From assembly GCA_942492995.1 (NCBI GenBank), contig OW818653.1, positions 1,440,001 to 1,472,000 on the forward strand: a stretch of 32,000 nt of DNA. The letters run 5' to 3'. The notes under the pieces were generated by a model that was not told the origin of the DNA, ran no database searches, and worked only from the letters and a program-made list of their open reading frames with translations. The stretch's first letter is position 1, and each line of letters begins with the position of its first letter. Below, piece after piece: positions 23,268-32,000 of this stretch. The stretch is from an uncultured Erysipelotrichaceae bacterium (GTDB lineage: Bacteria; Bacillota_I; Bacilli_A; Erysipelotrichales; Erysipelotrichaceae). A program made the position numbers and the translations under genes.

Positions 23268-25325
23268 TTAGTCTATCACAAAATCAATGGTTTGCTTAAT
23301 CTTATCCGCTGATTTTAATCTAACTTTTACTTTCTGACCTAATTTATACTTTAAATTACTTCCACGTTTTACAAGTGTATAACGATCCGCATCAAATTCG
23401 AAATATCCTGGAAGATTTGATACATGGACTAATCCTTCAACTGTATTCGGTAGTCGCACAAAGAATCCAAACTTCATAACAGAAGAGATGATACCATCGA
23501 ACTTTTCACCAACATGGTTCATCATATACTCAGCTTTTTTCATAGCCTCAACATCACGTTCAGATTCAACCGCTCGTTGTTCAGAATTTGAACATTCAAA
23601 CCCTAATTGATCAACTAGTATTTCATCCTTAACTAAATCTTGAGGATGATGTGTAAATACATGTTTGCGTAACATACGATGAACAATAAGATCTGGATAA
23701 CGACGAATTGGTGATGTAAAGTGACAATAATCTTCCAATGCCAATCCAAAATGACCACTACATTCTTTATCGTATTTTGCCTTACTCATACTTCTTAACA
23801 ACAAGTCATTTACGATTAAGAACTCATCTTTACCTTCAAATTGACTAATTAATTTTTGAACTGATTTTGGCGTTAAATGTTCATGTTTAATCTTAACTCC
23901 CCAGAACCACGCAATACGAGAAAATTCCGCAAAACGTTTTTTATCTGGTGCTTCATGCACACGATATAATGCGGGTATTTCCAACCAACGTAAATGTGCC
24001 GCAACTGCTTGATTCGCACAAATCATGAAGTCTTCGATTAACATCTCAGCTTCGCCTTGCGTACGACCTTCTATTTTAGTGATTTCACCTTTCGCGTTTA
24101 ATGTGAACTTCGATTCAAACGACACAAAGTCAATTGAACCATCATTCTTTCTGCGTTGACGGATAATACGAGCACATGCTTTCATATCCGCAACCATATC
24201 GATTAAATCACTGAAACGATTGAGTGCTGTTTTATCTTGTTTAAGCATACGGTTCACATTCGTATACGTCATACGTTTATGCGAACGAATAATCGAAGGA
24301 TGAATATCATAGGTTTCAATCTCACCCATTTTATTAATCTTCATGCTACATGTAAGGGTAAAACGATCTTCACCTTCTACGAGTGAACACAAACCATTGG
24401 ATATTGCGTGTGGCAACATTGGCACAACTCTGTCTATAACATAAACAGACGTACCACGCTTACGCGCTTCTTTATCCAATTCTGTATTTTCACGAACATA
24501 ATAACTTACATCCGCAATATGAACATCGAGTTGAAATCCATCATCTAACTTTAAAATACTAATCGCATCATCAAAATCTTTCGCATCTTCGCCATCAATC
24601 GTAATAACTTTACGATCACGATAATCAATACGTTTTTCACTAGGAACAACTATTGCGGTGGTTGGTAAATTATCAACCTCATGCATTAATTCATCACTAA
24701 ATGTCATAGGAACTTGATGATTGTGTAAAAGTGTAAGAATGTCCATACCTGGATCATTCACATGTCCTAACACTTTATTTAACTTAACTTTTATTGGGTC
24801 TCCATATGAAACGATATCTAAAAGTAGTTGAGAACCAAACACAAAATGTCGTGTATCTGTATCTACTAATTCTATCTTTTGATAGATACGTACATCATTG
24901 ATAAACACTTCATTCTTTTTCCATGTCCCAACGAGTTGTTTGGTATTATGTTTAATAACTTTTACAATCACGCCTTCTGCACTTAAATCCGCATAAACTT
25001 TAGGTTTAACTAAAACTTCATCATCATGCATTGCCCCATTGAATTGATGATTCGCAATATATAAAGAACCAGTTGAATGATCCACAAAGCCAAACCCTTT
25101 TGGGTTAATGCTTAAGATACCCTTAACGAATTCACTTTGATCAACTAGTACCAATTTATTCTTTTTGGTATAGGTTAATTCAAACTCTTTTTCCAACTGT
25201 AATACAACGCGATTAAAATCCTCAATTTCATGAGTTGTTTGTAAATTCAGTTTGTTCATCCACTCTTCCACAGTATAAGGTTTATCTTGTGTTGCGAGTA
25301 GGTCTAAAAGTTTTGTTTTTTCCAT
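23268..25325 (-). CDS. rnr: ribonuclease R
   Basis: 685 aa. It has cold-shock-like N-terminal domains, RNB motifs (DGEDAKDFDDA, HFGL...YCHFTSPIRRYPDLIVHR) and a C-terminal S1 domain. Confidence 0.92.
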   Translation of the reverse strand: MEKTKLLDLLATQDKPYTVEEWMNKLNLQTTHEIEDFNRVVLQLEKEFELTYTKKNKLVLVDQSEFVKGILSINPKGFGFVDHSTGSLYIANHQFNGAMHDDEVLVKPKVYADLSAEGVIVKVIKHNTKQLVGTWKKNEVFINDVRIYQKIELVDTDTRHFVFGSQLLLDIVSYGDPIKVKLNKVLGHVNDPGMDILTLLHNHQVPMTFSDELMHEVDNLPTTAIVVPSEKRIDYRDRKVITIDGEDAKDFDDAISILKLDDGFQLDVHIADVSYYVRENTELDKEARKRGTSVYVIDRVVPMLPHAISNGLCSLVEGEDRFTLTCSMKINKMGEIETYDIHPSIIRSHKRMTYTNVNRMLKQDKTALNRFSDLIDMVADMKACARIIRQRRKNDGSIDFVSFESKFTLNAKGEITKIEGRTQGEAEMLIEDFMICANQAVAAHLRWLEIPALYRVHEAPDKKRFAEFSRIAWFWGVKIKHEHLTPKSVQKLISQFEGKDEFLIVNDLLLRSMSKAKYDKECSGHFGLALEDYCHFTSPIRRYPDLIVHRMLRKHVFTHHPQDLVKDEILVDQLGFECSNSEQRAVESERDVEAMKKAEYMMNHVGEKFDGIISSVMKFGFFVRLPNTVEGLVHVSNLPGYFEFDADRYTLVKRGSNLKYKLGQKVKVRLKSADKIKQTIDFVID

Positions 25326-25352
25326 AAATAATAAAAAAGGCCCTTAGGCCGA

Positions 25353-25574
25353 TTAAAGTATGTTGACTAATATAACAAGTACGAAGAATGAAATCCCAAG
25401 AACTAAAGTAATTCTTGAAATCGTTTTTTCAGAACCACGTTCCTTCACATTCTCAAATAGGTTTAAGCCACCACTTCCAGAGAAAGCGCTGCTGATACCT
25501 TCTGATTTCCCACTTTGTAATAAAGACAACAAGATTAATAAAGCCGATACGATCATGAGGATGATATCTAACAT
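25353..25574 (-). CDS. secG: preprotein translocase subunit SecG
   Basis: 73 aa with two TMs and a central Gly-rich loop (LLQSGKSEGISSAFSGSGG). It sits upstream of rnr-smpB, as in Bacillus. Confidence 0.85.
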   Translation of the reverse strand: MLDIILMIVSALLILLSLLQSGKSEGISSAFSGSGGLNLFENVKERGSEKTISRITLVLGISFFVLVILVNIL

Positions 25575-25601
25575 AGGATTCTCCTTTCGAGTTGCTTAGT
25601 T

Positions 25602-25630
25602 ATTATAGCACCGACAAAATTAAAGTACAA
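25602..25630 (-). promoter_or_regulatory. secG(-rnr-smpB) promoter
   Basis: On the minus strand: -35 TTGTAC (25630-25625), a 17-nt spacer, then the extended -10 TGcTATAAT (TATAAT at 25607-25602). Confidence 0.55.
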
Positions 25631-25650
25631 GTCGAATACGAGGTCATAGA

Positions 25651-26082
25651 ATGATTAAAATCAAGGTTCTATTTACTTTGTTAGATAATTTAACTATAGT
25701 GTGTTTAGATATGTTAAGCAAGACAATCAAACGAAGAATAATACTATTTCTTACCTATTTCATTTTTAGTATTGCCCTAATCATATTGTTTATTACAATG
25801 TATCTCAGCAAACCCATGAATCCGAATGAAGTACTGATTCAAAATCTAGAAGTTACAGATACTCATGTTACATTTATACTCTATGGAACGATTAATTCCT
25901 CATATAAATTAGAAAAATATGATCATAATTATATCAATAACATTTTAACCCTCAACTTTTATGAAAGCATTCTTAATGGACAATCCTATCCAATCGAAAT
26001 AACTATTGAGGATGATTTTAGTAAACTAGAATTCATTAAGATTGTGTCTAGTGATGAAGTACGTACAATATACGAAAAATAA
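25651..26082 (+). CDS. hypothetical single-pass membrane protein
   Basis: 143 aa. It has one TM (ILFLTYFIFSIALIILFITMYL) and a small C-terminal domain. GAGG lies 7 nt before the ATG. I recognise no family. Confidence 0.5.
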   Translation: MIKIKVLFTLLDNLTIVCLDMLSKTIKRRIILFLTYFIFSIALIILFITMYLSKPMNPNEVLIQNLEVTDTHVTFILYGTINSSYKLEKYDHNYINNILTLNFYESILNGQSYPIEITIEDDFSKLEFIKIVSSDEVRTIYEK

Positions 26083-26110
26083 AAGGAATTCCGGTAAAAG
26101 AATTCCTTTT
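26082..26110. terminator. bidirectional intrinsic terminator (hypothetical gene on +, probably pgk-tpiA-eno on -)
   Basis: A 10-bp stem is formed by aaaggaattc (26082-26091) and gaattccttt (26100-26109). T-runs lie on both strands, and the longer one (TTTTATTTTTC) is on the minus strand. Confidence 0.7.
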
Positions 26111-26127
26111 CAATATTAACTTCCTCG

Positions 26128-26168
26128 AGACTACAAATTTTTTAATCCCCTGTAGTCAGGGTAATTCT
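26128..26168. repeat. intergenic repeat unit 1 (hairpin-forming)
   Basis: The unit reads gagactacaaattttttaatcccctgtagtcagggtaattct. It shares the identical 23-nt core tcccctgtagtcagggtaattct (26146-26168) with unit 2, exactly 90 nt away. Confidence 0.6.
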
Positions 26169-26216
26169 AGCATTACTATATATTAATATCCTCATATAGT
26201 TAAGGTTTTTCTAGCG

Positions 26217-26258
26217 CGACTACAAACTTTTAAGATCCCCTGTAGTCAGGGTAATTCT
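26217..26258. repeat. intergenic repeat unit 2 (hairpin-forming)
   Basis: The unit reads gcgactacaaacttttaagatcccctgtagtcagggtaattct. The core lies at 26236-26258. Confidence 0.6.
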
Positions 26259-26326
26259 TCCTATTTCTAGGTATTCATATTATAATCCAAAACTGTTTTT
26301 AGTCAATATTGGATTATAGTTTAGAA

Positions 26327-27640
<1,314 letters not shown>

Positions 27641-28387
27641 TTAGGCCTTTACGGCATCAATAATCGCTTTAAACGAGTCTACTTTTAATGAAGCACCACC
27701 AATGAGTGCACCATCAATATCCTTCTCAGAAAGATACGCTTTGATGTTCTCAGGTTTAACTGATCCACCATATTGAACGCGAACTTTTTCAGCCGCATCG
27801 ACTCCGAAATTAACTTCAACTTCATTACGAACTAATGCACATGTATTTTGTGCAATCTCTTGAGTTGCACTCTTACCTGTACCAATCGCCCATACTGGTT
27901 CATACGCAATAACGATATTTGAAACTTGTTCAGCCGTTAAACCTGCTAAAGCAGCTTTCGTTTGACGACGAACAACTTCTTCAGTTTTACCCGCTTCAAA
28001 TTCTTCTAGCAATTCCCCAACACATACGATTGGAGTTAATCCATTTGCGATAGCCTTCAATGTTTTCGCATTGACAGACGCATCTGTTTCTCCATAATAT
28101 TGACGACGTTCTGAGTGACCTAAGATAACCCATTTAACGCCAACTTCTTTTAACATACCAACACTGACTTCACCAGTGAAAGCACCACTATCATTTTCAT
28201 TTACGTTTTGAGCCGCAACAATTAAATTCTTAGCACTCGCAACAGACGCTTGAAGCGCTAAATAAGATGCCGCAATCCCAAAATCCGCATCAGTATGTAA
28301 TAGAGGTTCAACTGCAGTTACGAATTCAACTGCTTCCGCAATTGTCTTATTTAACTTCCAGTTCCCTACAATAATTGGTTTTCTCAT
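27641..28387 (-). CDS. tpiA: triose-phosphate isomerase
   Basis: 248 aa with the blocks PIIVGNWKLN, ILGHSERR, AYEPVWAIGTG and GGASL. Confidence 0.95.
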   Translation of the reverse strand: MRKPIIVGNWKLNKTIAEAVEFVTAVEPLLHTDADFGIAASYLALQASVASAKNLIVAAQNVNENDSGAFTGEVSVGMLKEVGVKWVILGHSERRQYYGETDASVNAKTLKAIANGLTPIVCVGELLEEFEAGKTEEVVRRQTKAALAGLTAEQVSNIVIAYEPVWAIGTGKSATQEIAQNTCALVRNEVEVNFGVDAAEKVRVQYGGSVKPENIKAYLSEKDIDGALIGGASLKVDSFKAIIDAVKA

Positions 28388-29583
28388 TACTTTTCTTGAA
28401 TTACCGCAATACCAGGTAATTCTTTCCCTTCCATAAATTCAAGTGAAGCTCCGCCACCTGTTGAAATATGACTAAAATCATTTTGGAAGCCATTTTCAAT
28501 CGCAGCACGAGCAGAATCACCACCACCGATTACAGTATATGCACCAGGTAATGAGGAAATTGCTTTACAAACTTCGATTGTCCCAACAGCGTACGTCTTC
28601 ATTTCGAATACACCCATCGGTCCATTCCAAACTACAGTCTTCGCGCCTTGAAGTGCATCTTTAAATATTTCAATGGATTTAGGTCCAATATCCAATCCCA
28701 TGTAATCACTTGGGATATTGTTTTCATCCGCAATAAAATTATCACATTCTTCAGAGAATTCTTTCGCAACTCTGAAATCGACTGGTAACACCAATTTATC
28801 AGATGCTTTAGCTAAGAATTCTTTAGCCATATCAATCTTATCTACTTCGCAAAGGGATGTTCCAATCTCTTTACCTTGAGCTTTTAAGAATGTATAAGCC
28901 ATACCACCACCGATAATTACTTTATCTGCAGTTGTTAATAAATTTTCAATGACATTGATCTTATCGGAAACTTTCGCTCCCCCTAAGATTGCCACAAATG
29001 GACGTTCAGGATTATGTACTGCTTTTGACAACATCGTAACTTCTTTTTCCACCAAGAAGCCTAATGCGCTAGGCAATATTTCCGCAATACCAACTGTACT
29101 TGAATGTGCTCTATGAACAGATCCAAACGCATCAGTAACGAATAAATCACCTAAGCTTGCCCAATATTTAGACAATTCAGGATCATTCTTACTTTCGCCT
29201 TTTTCATAACGTGTATTTTGTAATACTACAATTTCGGAATCCTTCATGTCACTAACAGCTTTTTCAAGTTCAGCTCCACGCGTTTCATCCACAAATCTAA
29301 CAGGGACATTAACAAGTTCAGCTAAACGAGCCGCAACTGGAGCCATGTTGTTTTTCTTTTTATCGGATGCTGTTTTCTCAGGATCCTTATGATCAACCTT
29401 CCCTAAATGGGACAATAAGATCACTTTCGCACCTTGTTCTACCAAATAGTTGATGGTTGGAAGTGCTTGAACAATACGATTGTCATCTTTAATAACGCCG
29501 TCTTTAATCGGTACGTTAAAGTCTACTCTTACAATGACTCTTTTACCACTGACATTCAAATCTTTGACTGTCTTTTTTGCCAT
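28387..29583 (-). CDS. pgk: phosphoglycerate kinase
   Basis: 398 aa with the blocks RVDFNVP, DDNRI and LLSHLG, and the C-terminal [18 protein letters not shown] lies upstream. Confidence 0.95.
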   Translation of the reverse strand: MAKKTVKDLNVSGKRVIVRVDFNVPIKDGVIKDDNRIVQALPTINYLVEQGAKVILLSHLGKVDHKDPEKTASDKKKNNMAPVAARLAELVNVPVRFVDETRGAELEKAVSDMKDSEIVVLQNTRYEKGESKNDPELSKYWASLGDLFVTDAFGSVHRAHSSTVGIAEILPSALGFLVEKEVTMLSKAVHNPERPFVAILGGAKVSDKINVIENLLTTADKVIIGGGMAYTFLKAQGKEIGTSLCEVDKIDMAKEFLAKASDKLVLPVDFRVAKEFSEECDNFIADENNIPSDYMGLDIGPKSIEIFKDALQGAKTVVWNGPMGVFEMKTYAVGTIEVCKAISSLPGAYTVIGGGDSARAAIENGFQNDFSHISTGGGASLEFMEGKELPGIAVIQEK

Positions 29584-29609
29584 ACGTGTTCCTCCTTGAA
29601 TACCTTAGT

Positions 29610-29638
29610 ATTATAGCACTCTGACCCATTTCTATCAA
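29610..29638 (-). promoter_or_regulatory. pgk-tpiA-eno promoter
   Basis: On the minus strand: -35 TTGATA (29638-29633), a 17-nt spacer, then the extended -10 TGcTATAAT (TATAAT at 29615-29610). Confidence 0.55.
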
Positions 29639-29654
29639 CGCTAAAGCGTTTAAA

Positions 29655-29670
29655 TGTGAGCAGATTCACA
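29655..29670. promoter_or_regulatory. perfect TGTGA-N6-TCACA palindrome upstream of the pgk promoter (candidate Crp/Fnr-family site)
   Basis: tgtgagcagattcaca is centred about 60 nt upstream of the TSS predicted from the -10. Confidence 0.35.
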
Positions 29671-29695
29671 AAACGAAAAGAGGATTTCTCCTCTT
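29668..29695 (-). terminator. glgA intrinsic terminator
   Basis: A 7-bp stem is formed by aagagga (29678-29684) and tcctctt (29689-29695), starting at the glgA stop codon. On the minus strand it is followed by TTTTCGTTTTG. Confidence 0.65.
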
Positions 29696-31128
29696 TATTT
29701 TAAACGATTATTAATAAGCTCCGCATATTCTTTCGCAGACTTCTGCCAAGACACATCTTTTGTCATCGCATTCTTACGTAACGCCTTAAAATCATCCATT
29801 CGATACGTAAATGTTTCCAGCGCTAACCATAGTACATGTTTAAAATCATTAACATTCGATGGATAGAATGTAAACCCTGTCCCATCCTTTGTGAACTGAT
29901 TGTAAGGTACTACCGTATCCTTTAAACCACCTGTTTCGCGTACTAATGGTAATGTACCATAACGCATCGAAATAAGTTGTGAAATACCACATGGTTCAAA
30001 TGCACTCGGCATTAATAAGATATCAGAACCAGCATAAATTCGATGAGCTAATGCTTCATGATATCCGCAATAGAACACAGCACGACGAGGATATCTAAAC
30101 TCAATCGCTTTAAGTTCGCTTTCAATATGCGTATCACCAGTGCCTAATACTACAAGTTGGATTTCCCAACCCATAATATCCCCTAATGCTTGGAGTAATA
30201 AATTAACTCCTTTTTGATCAGTTAATCGTGACACCATCGCTACTAACATAACATCCGGATCTTCACGCAAACCTAACTCTTTTTGAATCGCTAGTTTATT
30301 TGCCTTTTTACCTTTTGTTACTGTCTTAAGATCATAATTAGAACTTAAATATTTATCTGTATTAGGATCCCATGATTCGACATCAATTCCATTCACAATT
30401 CCATATAAATCATCACGTCTTAGTGATAAAACATACTCCATTTTTTCGCCAAATTCTGGCGTTAATATTTCTTGTGCGTATGTCTTAGAAACGGTCGTTA
30501 CGATATCAGAATATAAGATACCAGCTTTCATAAAGCTAATACCATCTTTGAAACGTAAATTTCCATCATGATAATACGACATCGGTAACCCAACACAACT
30601 ATCCAAAATAGATGCAGGGAAATTTCCTTGGAATAATAAATTATGAATCGTAAAGATTGTTAGAGGTGTTTTAATCCGTTTTGTATAAACTGTTTTAGCT
30701 AATAACGAGATTAATCCAGCATGCCAATCATGACTATGAATAACATCTGGCACTACAATCTTCTCTTCAATCATTCGAAGTACTGCATGTTGGAAAAACG
30801 CAAAACGCTCTCCATCATCTCCATATCCGTAATAACCATCACGTTCAAAATATGGCGCATGTTCTACGAGATAATAGGTAATTCCATCCTCATCCTTTGA
30901 ATAGATGGTCGCAATGGTTCGAATGATACCTACTTCAACTTTAAATGTTTTTTCTTTATTAAGTGTATGATGAATTGATTTCGCTGTCTTTAAATACAAA
31001 GGCATGACAACAGAAACTTCAAACCCTTCATCCTTTAAAGCTTTTGGAAGTGAACCGATAACATCAGCCAATCCTCCAGTTTTAACAAATGGCAATCCTT
31101 CTGATGCGACAAACAGAATTTTTTTCAT
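29695..31128 (-). CDS. glgA: glycogen synthase (ADP-glucose type)
   Basis: 477 aa. MKKILFVASEGLPFVKTGGLADV is the canonical KTGGL motif. The GT5/GT1 domains are present. Confidence 0.93.
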   Translation of the reverse strand: MKKILFVASEGLPFVKTGGLADVIGSLPKALKDEGFEVSVVMPLYLKTAKSIHHTLNKEKTFKVEVGIIRTIATIYSKDEDGITYYLVEHAPYFERDGYYGYGDDGERFAFFQHAVLRMIEEKIVVPDVIHSHDWHAGLISLLAKTVYTKRIKTPLTIFTIHNLLFQGNFPASILDSCVGLPMSYYHDGNLRFKDGISFMKAGILYSDIVTTVSKTYAQEILTPEFGEKMEYVLSLRRDDLYGIVNGIDVESWDPNTDKYLSSNYDLKTVTKGKKANKLAIQKELGLREDPDVMLVAMVSRLTDQKGVNLLLQALGDIMGWEIQLVVLGTGDTHIESELKAIEFRYPRRAVFYCGYHEALAHRIYAGSDILLMPSAFEPCGISQLISMRYGTLPLVRETGGLKDTVVPYNQFTKDGTGFTFYPSNVNDFKHVLWLALETFTYRMDDFKALRKNAMTKDVSWQKSAKEYAELINNRLK

Positions 31129-31133
31129 ATTAA

Positions 31134-32000
31134 TTACACCCTATCTTGTCGTTTAACATAGAGAATCTTAGATTCATCTGAGACAAGTTCTTTCACTTTG
31201 GACACAACAGCTGATTTATCAACCACCACATTCTTCAAATGAACATTCTCTCCAATCACAGACCCTTCTAATATAATCGAATTCTCAACTAAAGCACCTT
31301 TCTTAATCACAACACCACGACCGATAACTGAATGAACTACCGTTCCTTCAATGTAACAACCATTCGCCACGATCGAACAATTAACTTTAGCACTAGGTGT
31401 ATATTGTGCAGGACATGAATCACTTGTACGTGTATGAATCGGCCAATCTTCACAGAACAATTCTTTCGCGACATCGTAATCTGTTAATTCAAGATTTACT
31501 CTAAAGTATTCTTTTAATGAATTGATACAAGCGACATACCCTTTGATCTGATATCCCATCATATTTAAGAGTGGAGCTTGTTCCTGTAATACATCACGTA
31601 ATGTATATAAAGAAGATAGATTATCCGCTAAGTGAATTAGATGAATAAACAACTCTCGACTCATCATATATGCTGCTAAAGAGATATGACGATTCTTATA
31701 TTTACCACGATTCTTTTCAATTTCTAATACATGTTTCTTATCATCTAATTTTAATGTATCAACACCCATAAACGATTCATGCGCATTATTAACTGTTTTA
31801 TACAACACAGTCACATCCGCCTTAGTCTCTAAATGTTGTTTATAGACTTCATTAAAATCAACCGTATAAATCATATGACTCGGTACAATCATCACATACT
31901 CTTGAGTCGCATCTTCAATAAAACGCATATTTTGAATAAACGCAGTCACATCATGGTTATACGCCTCAGATTGAATTGAATCTTCACCCGTTAAAATACG
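31134..32000 (-). CDS. glgD: glucose-1-phosphate adenylyltransferase GlgD-type subunit, C-terminal part (gene continues past window end)
   Basis: The frame stays open beyond the track's GTG at 31949 up to position 32000 (...RILTGEDSIQSEAYNHDVTAFIQNM...). The protein has a nucleotidyltransferase domain plus a C-terminal left-handed beta-helix. It sits immediately upstream of glgA. It lacks the GlgC-type WRDVGT motif, reading GYVACINSLKEYF instead, which favours GlgD over GlgC. Confidence 0.75.
   Translation of the reverse strand, partial: RILTGEDSIQSEAYNHDVTAFIQNMRFIEDATQEYVMIVPSHMIYTVDFNEVYKQHLETKADVTVLYKTVNNAHESFMGVDTLKLDDKKHVLEIEKNRGKYKNRHISLAAYMMSRELFIHLIHLADNLSSLYTLRDVLQEQAPLLNMMGYQIKGYVACINSLKEYFRVNLELTDYDVAKELFCEDWPIHTRTSDSCPAQYTPSAKVNCSIVANGCYIEGTVVHSVIGRGVVIKKGALVENSIILEGSVIGENVHLKNVVVDKSAVVSKVKELVSDESKILYVKRQDRV

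Noticed and set aside
25339-25350. GGCC-ctta-GGCC hairpin plus T-run between secG and rnr, and a similar 6-bp hairpin at 19162-19177 after the PTS EIIB gene, considered as terminators.
   Set aside because: The stems are only 4-6 bp, too weak to call terminators with confidence. They may act as minor attenuators.
22798-25574. I checked whether the secG-rnr-smpB region carried any ssrA-like or att-like sequence that would mark the boundary of the 9.9-kb block separating smpB from ssrA.
   Set aside because: I saw no copy of the ssrA 3' end or terminator motif there. The insertion hypothesis for that block rests on synteny expectations only.
26128-26258. Possible mini-CRISPR array (two similar roughly 42-nt units separated by a roughly 48-nt unique segment).
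   Set aside because: There are only two units and the unit ends are not well conserved. There is no leader, and no cas genes occur anywhere in the window. I treat it as an intergenic repeat or RNA element instead.
29637-29650. Palindrome AACGCT-AA-AGCGTT overlapping the pgk -35, considered as a CcpA cre site.
   Set aside because: It does not fit the cre consensus (TGWAANCGNTNWCA) because the outer TG/CA are missing. I note it only as a possible operator of unknown specificity.

Overview
AT-rich bacterial chromosomal segment with the standard genetic code. Gene content looks like a low-GC Bacillota genome (Bacilli/Erysipelotrichia-like); the taxon cannot be fixed from sequence alone. The right part (about 12.5-32 kb) is mostly core. 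It holds glgD(partial)-glgA, a pgk-tpiA-eno operon, secG-rnr-smpB, a peptidase-S51 gene, lemA-DUF2207 and an orphan PTS EIIB. It also holds a phnD-phnC-phnE-phnE ABC transporter, a second PhnD paralogue, a signal-less 5'-nucleotidase/metallophosphatase, and the tmRNA gene ssrA (12549-12892, minus strand). The 12.5 kb downstream of ssrA (1-12548) looks accessory. It carries a secreted Amidase_6-type hydrolase, several HTH regulators fused or coupled to small membrane proteins, an acetyltransferase, DUF1905, and a LysR/aldo-keto reductase/MATE/CMD/cupin cluster. A DUF2089 operon and a truncated GNAT gene complete it. This tract is punctuated by three further copies of the ssrA terminator; one copy still carries the last 14 nt of tmRNA. 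That is the footprint of serial integration at the ssrA 3' end, yet no integrase or transposase is present. A second notable point is the tmRNA tag template: the conserved resume-codon context selects a frame that stops after 4 codons. The canonical ...LSFAA-stop frame lies one nucleotide off, across an A8 homopolymer. Other observations: paired repeat units with alternative hairpins in the eno 3' region, and palindromic operators at several promoters. There is also a probable leaderless mRNA and a TGTGA-N6-TCACA site upstream of pgk. No CRISPR array, rRNA or tRNA gene was seen. I found no recognisable dedicated defence system. All homology calls come from reading the translations, not from database searches.
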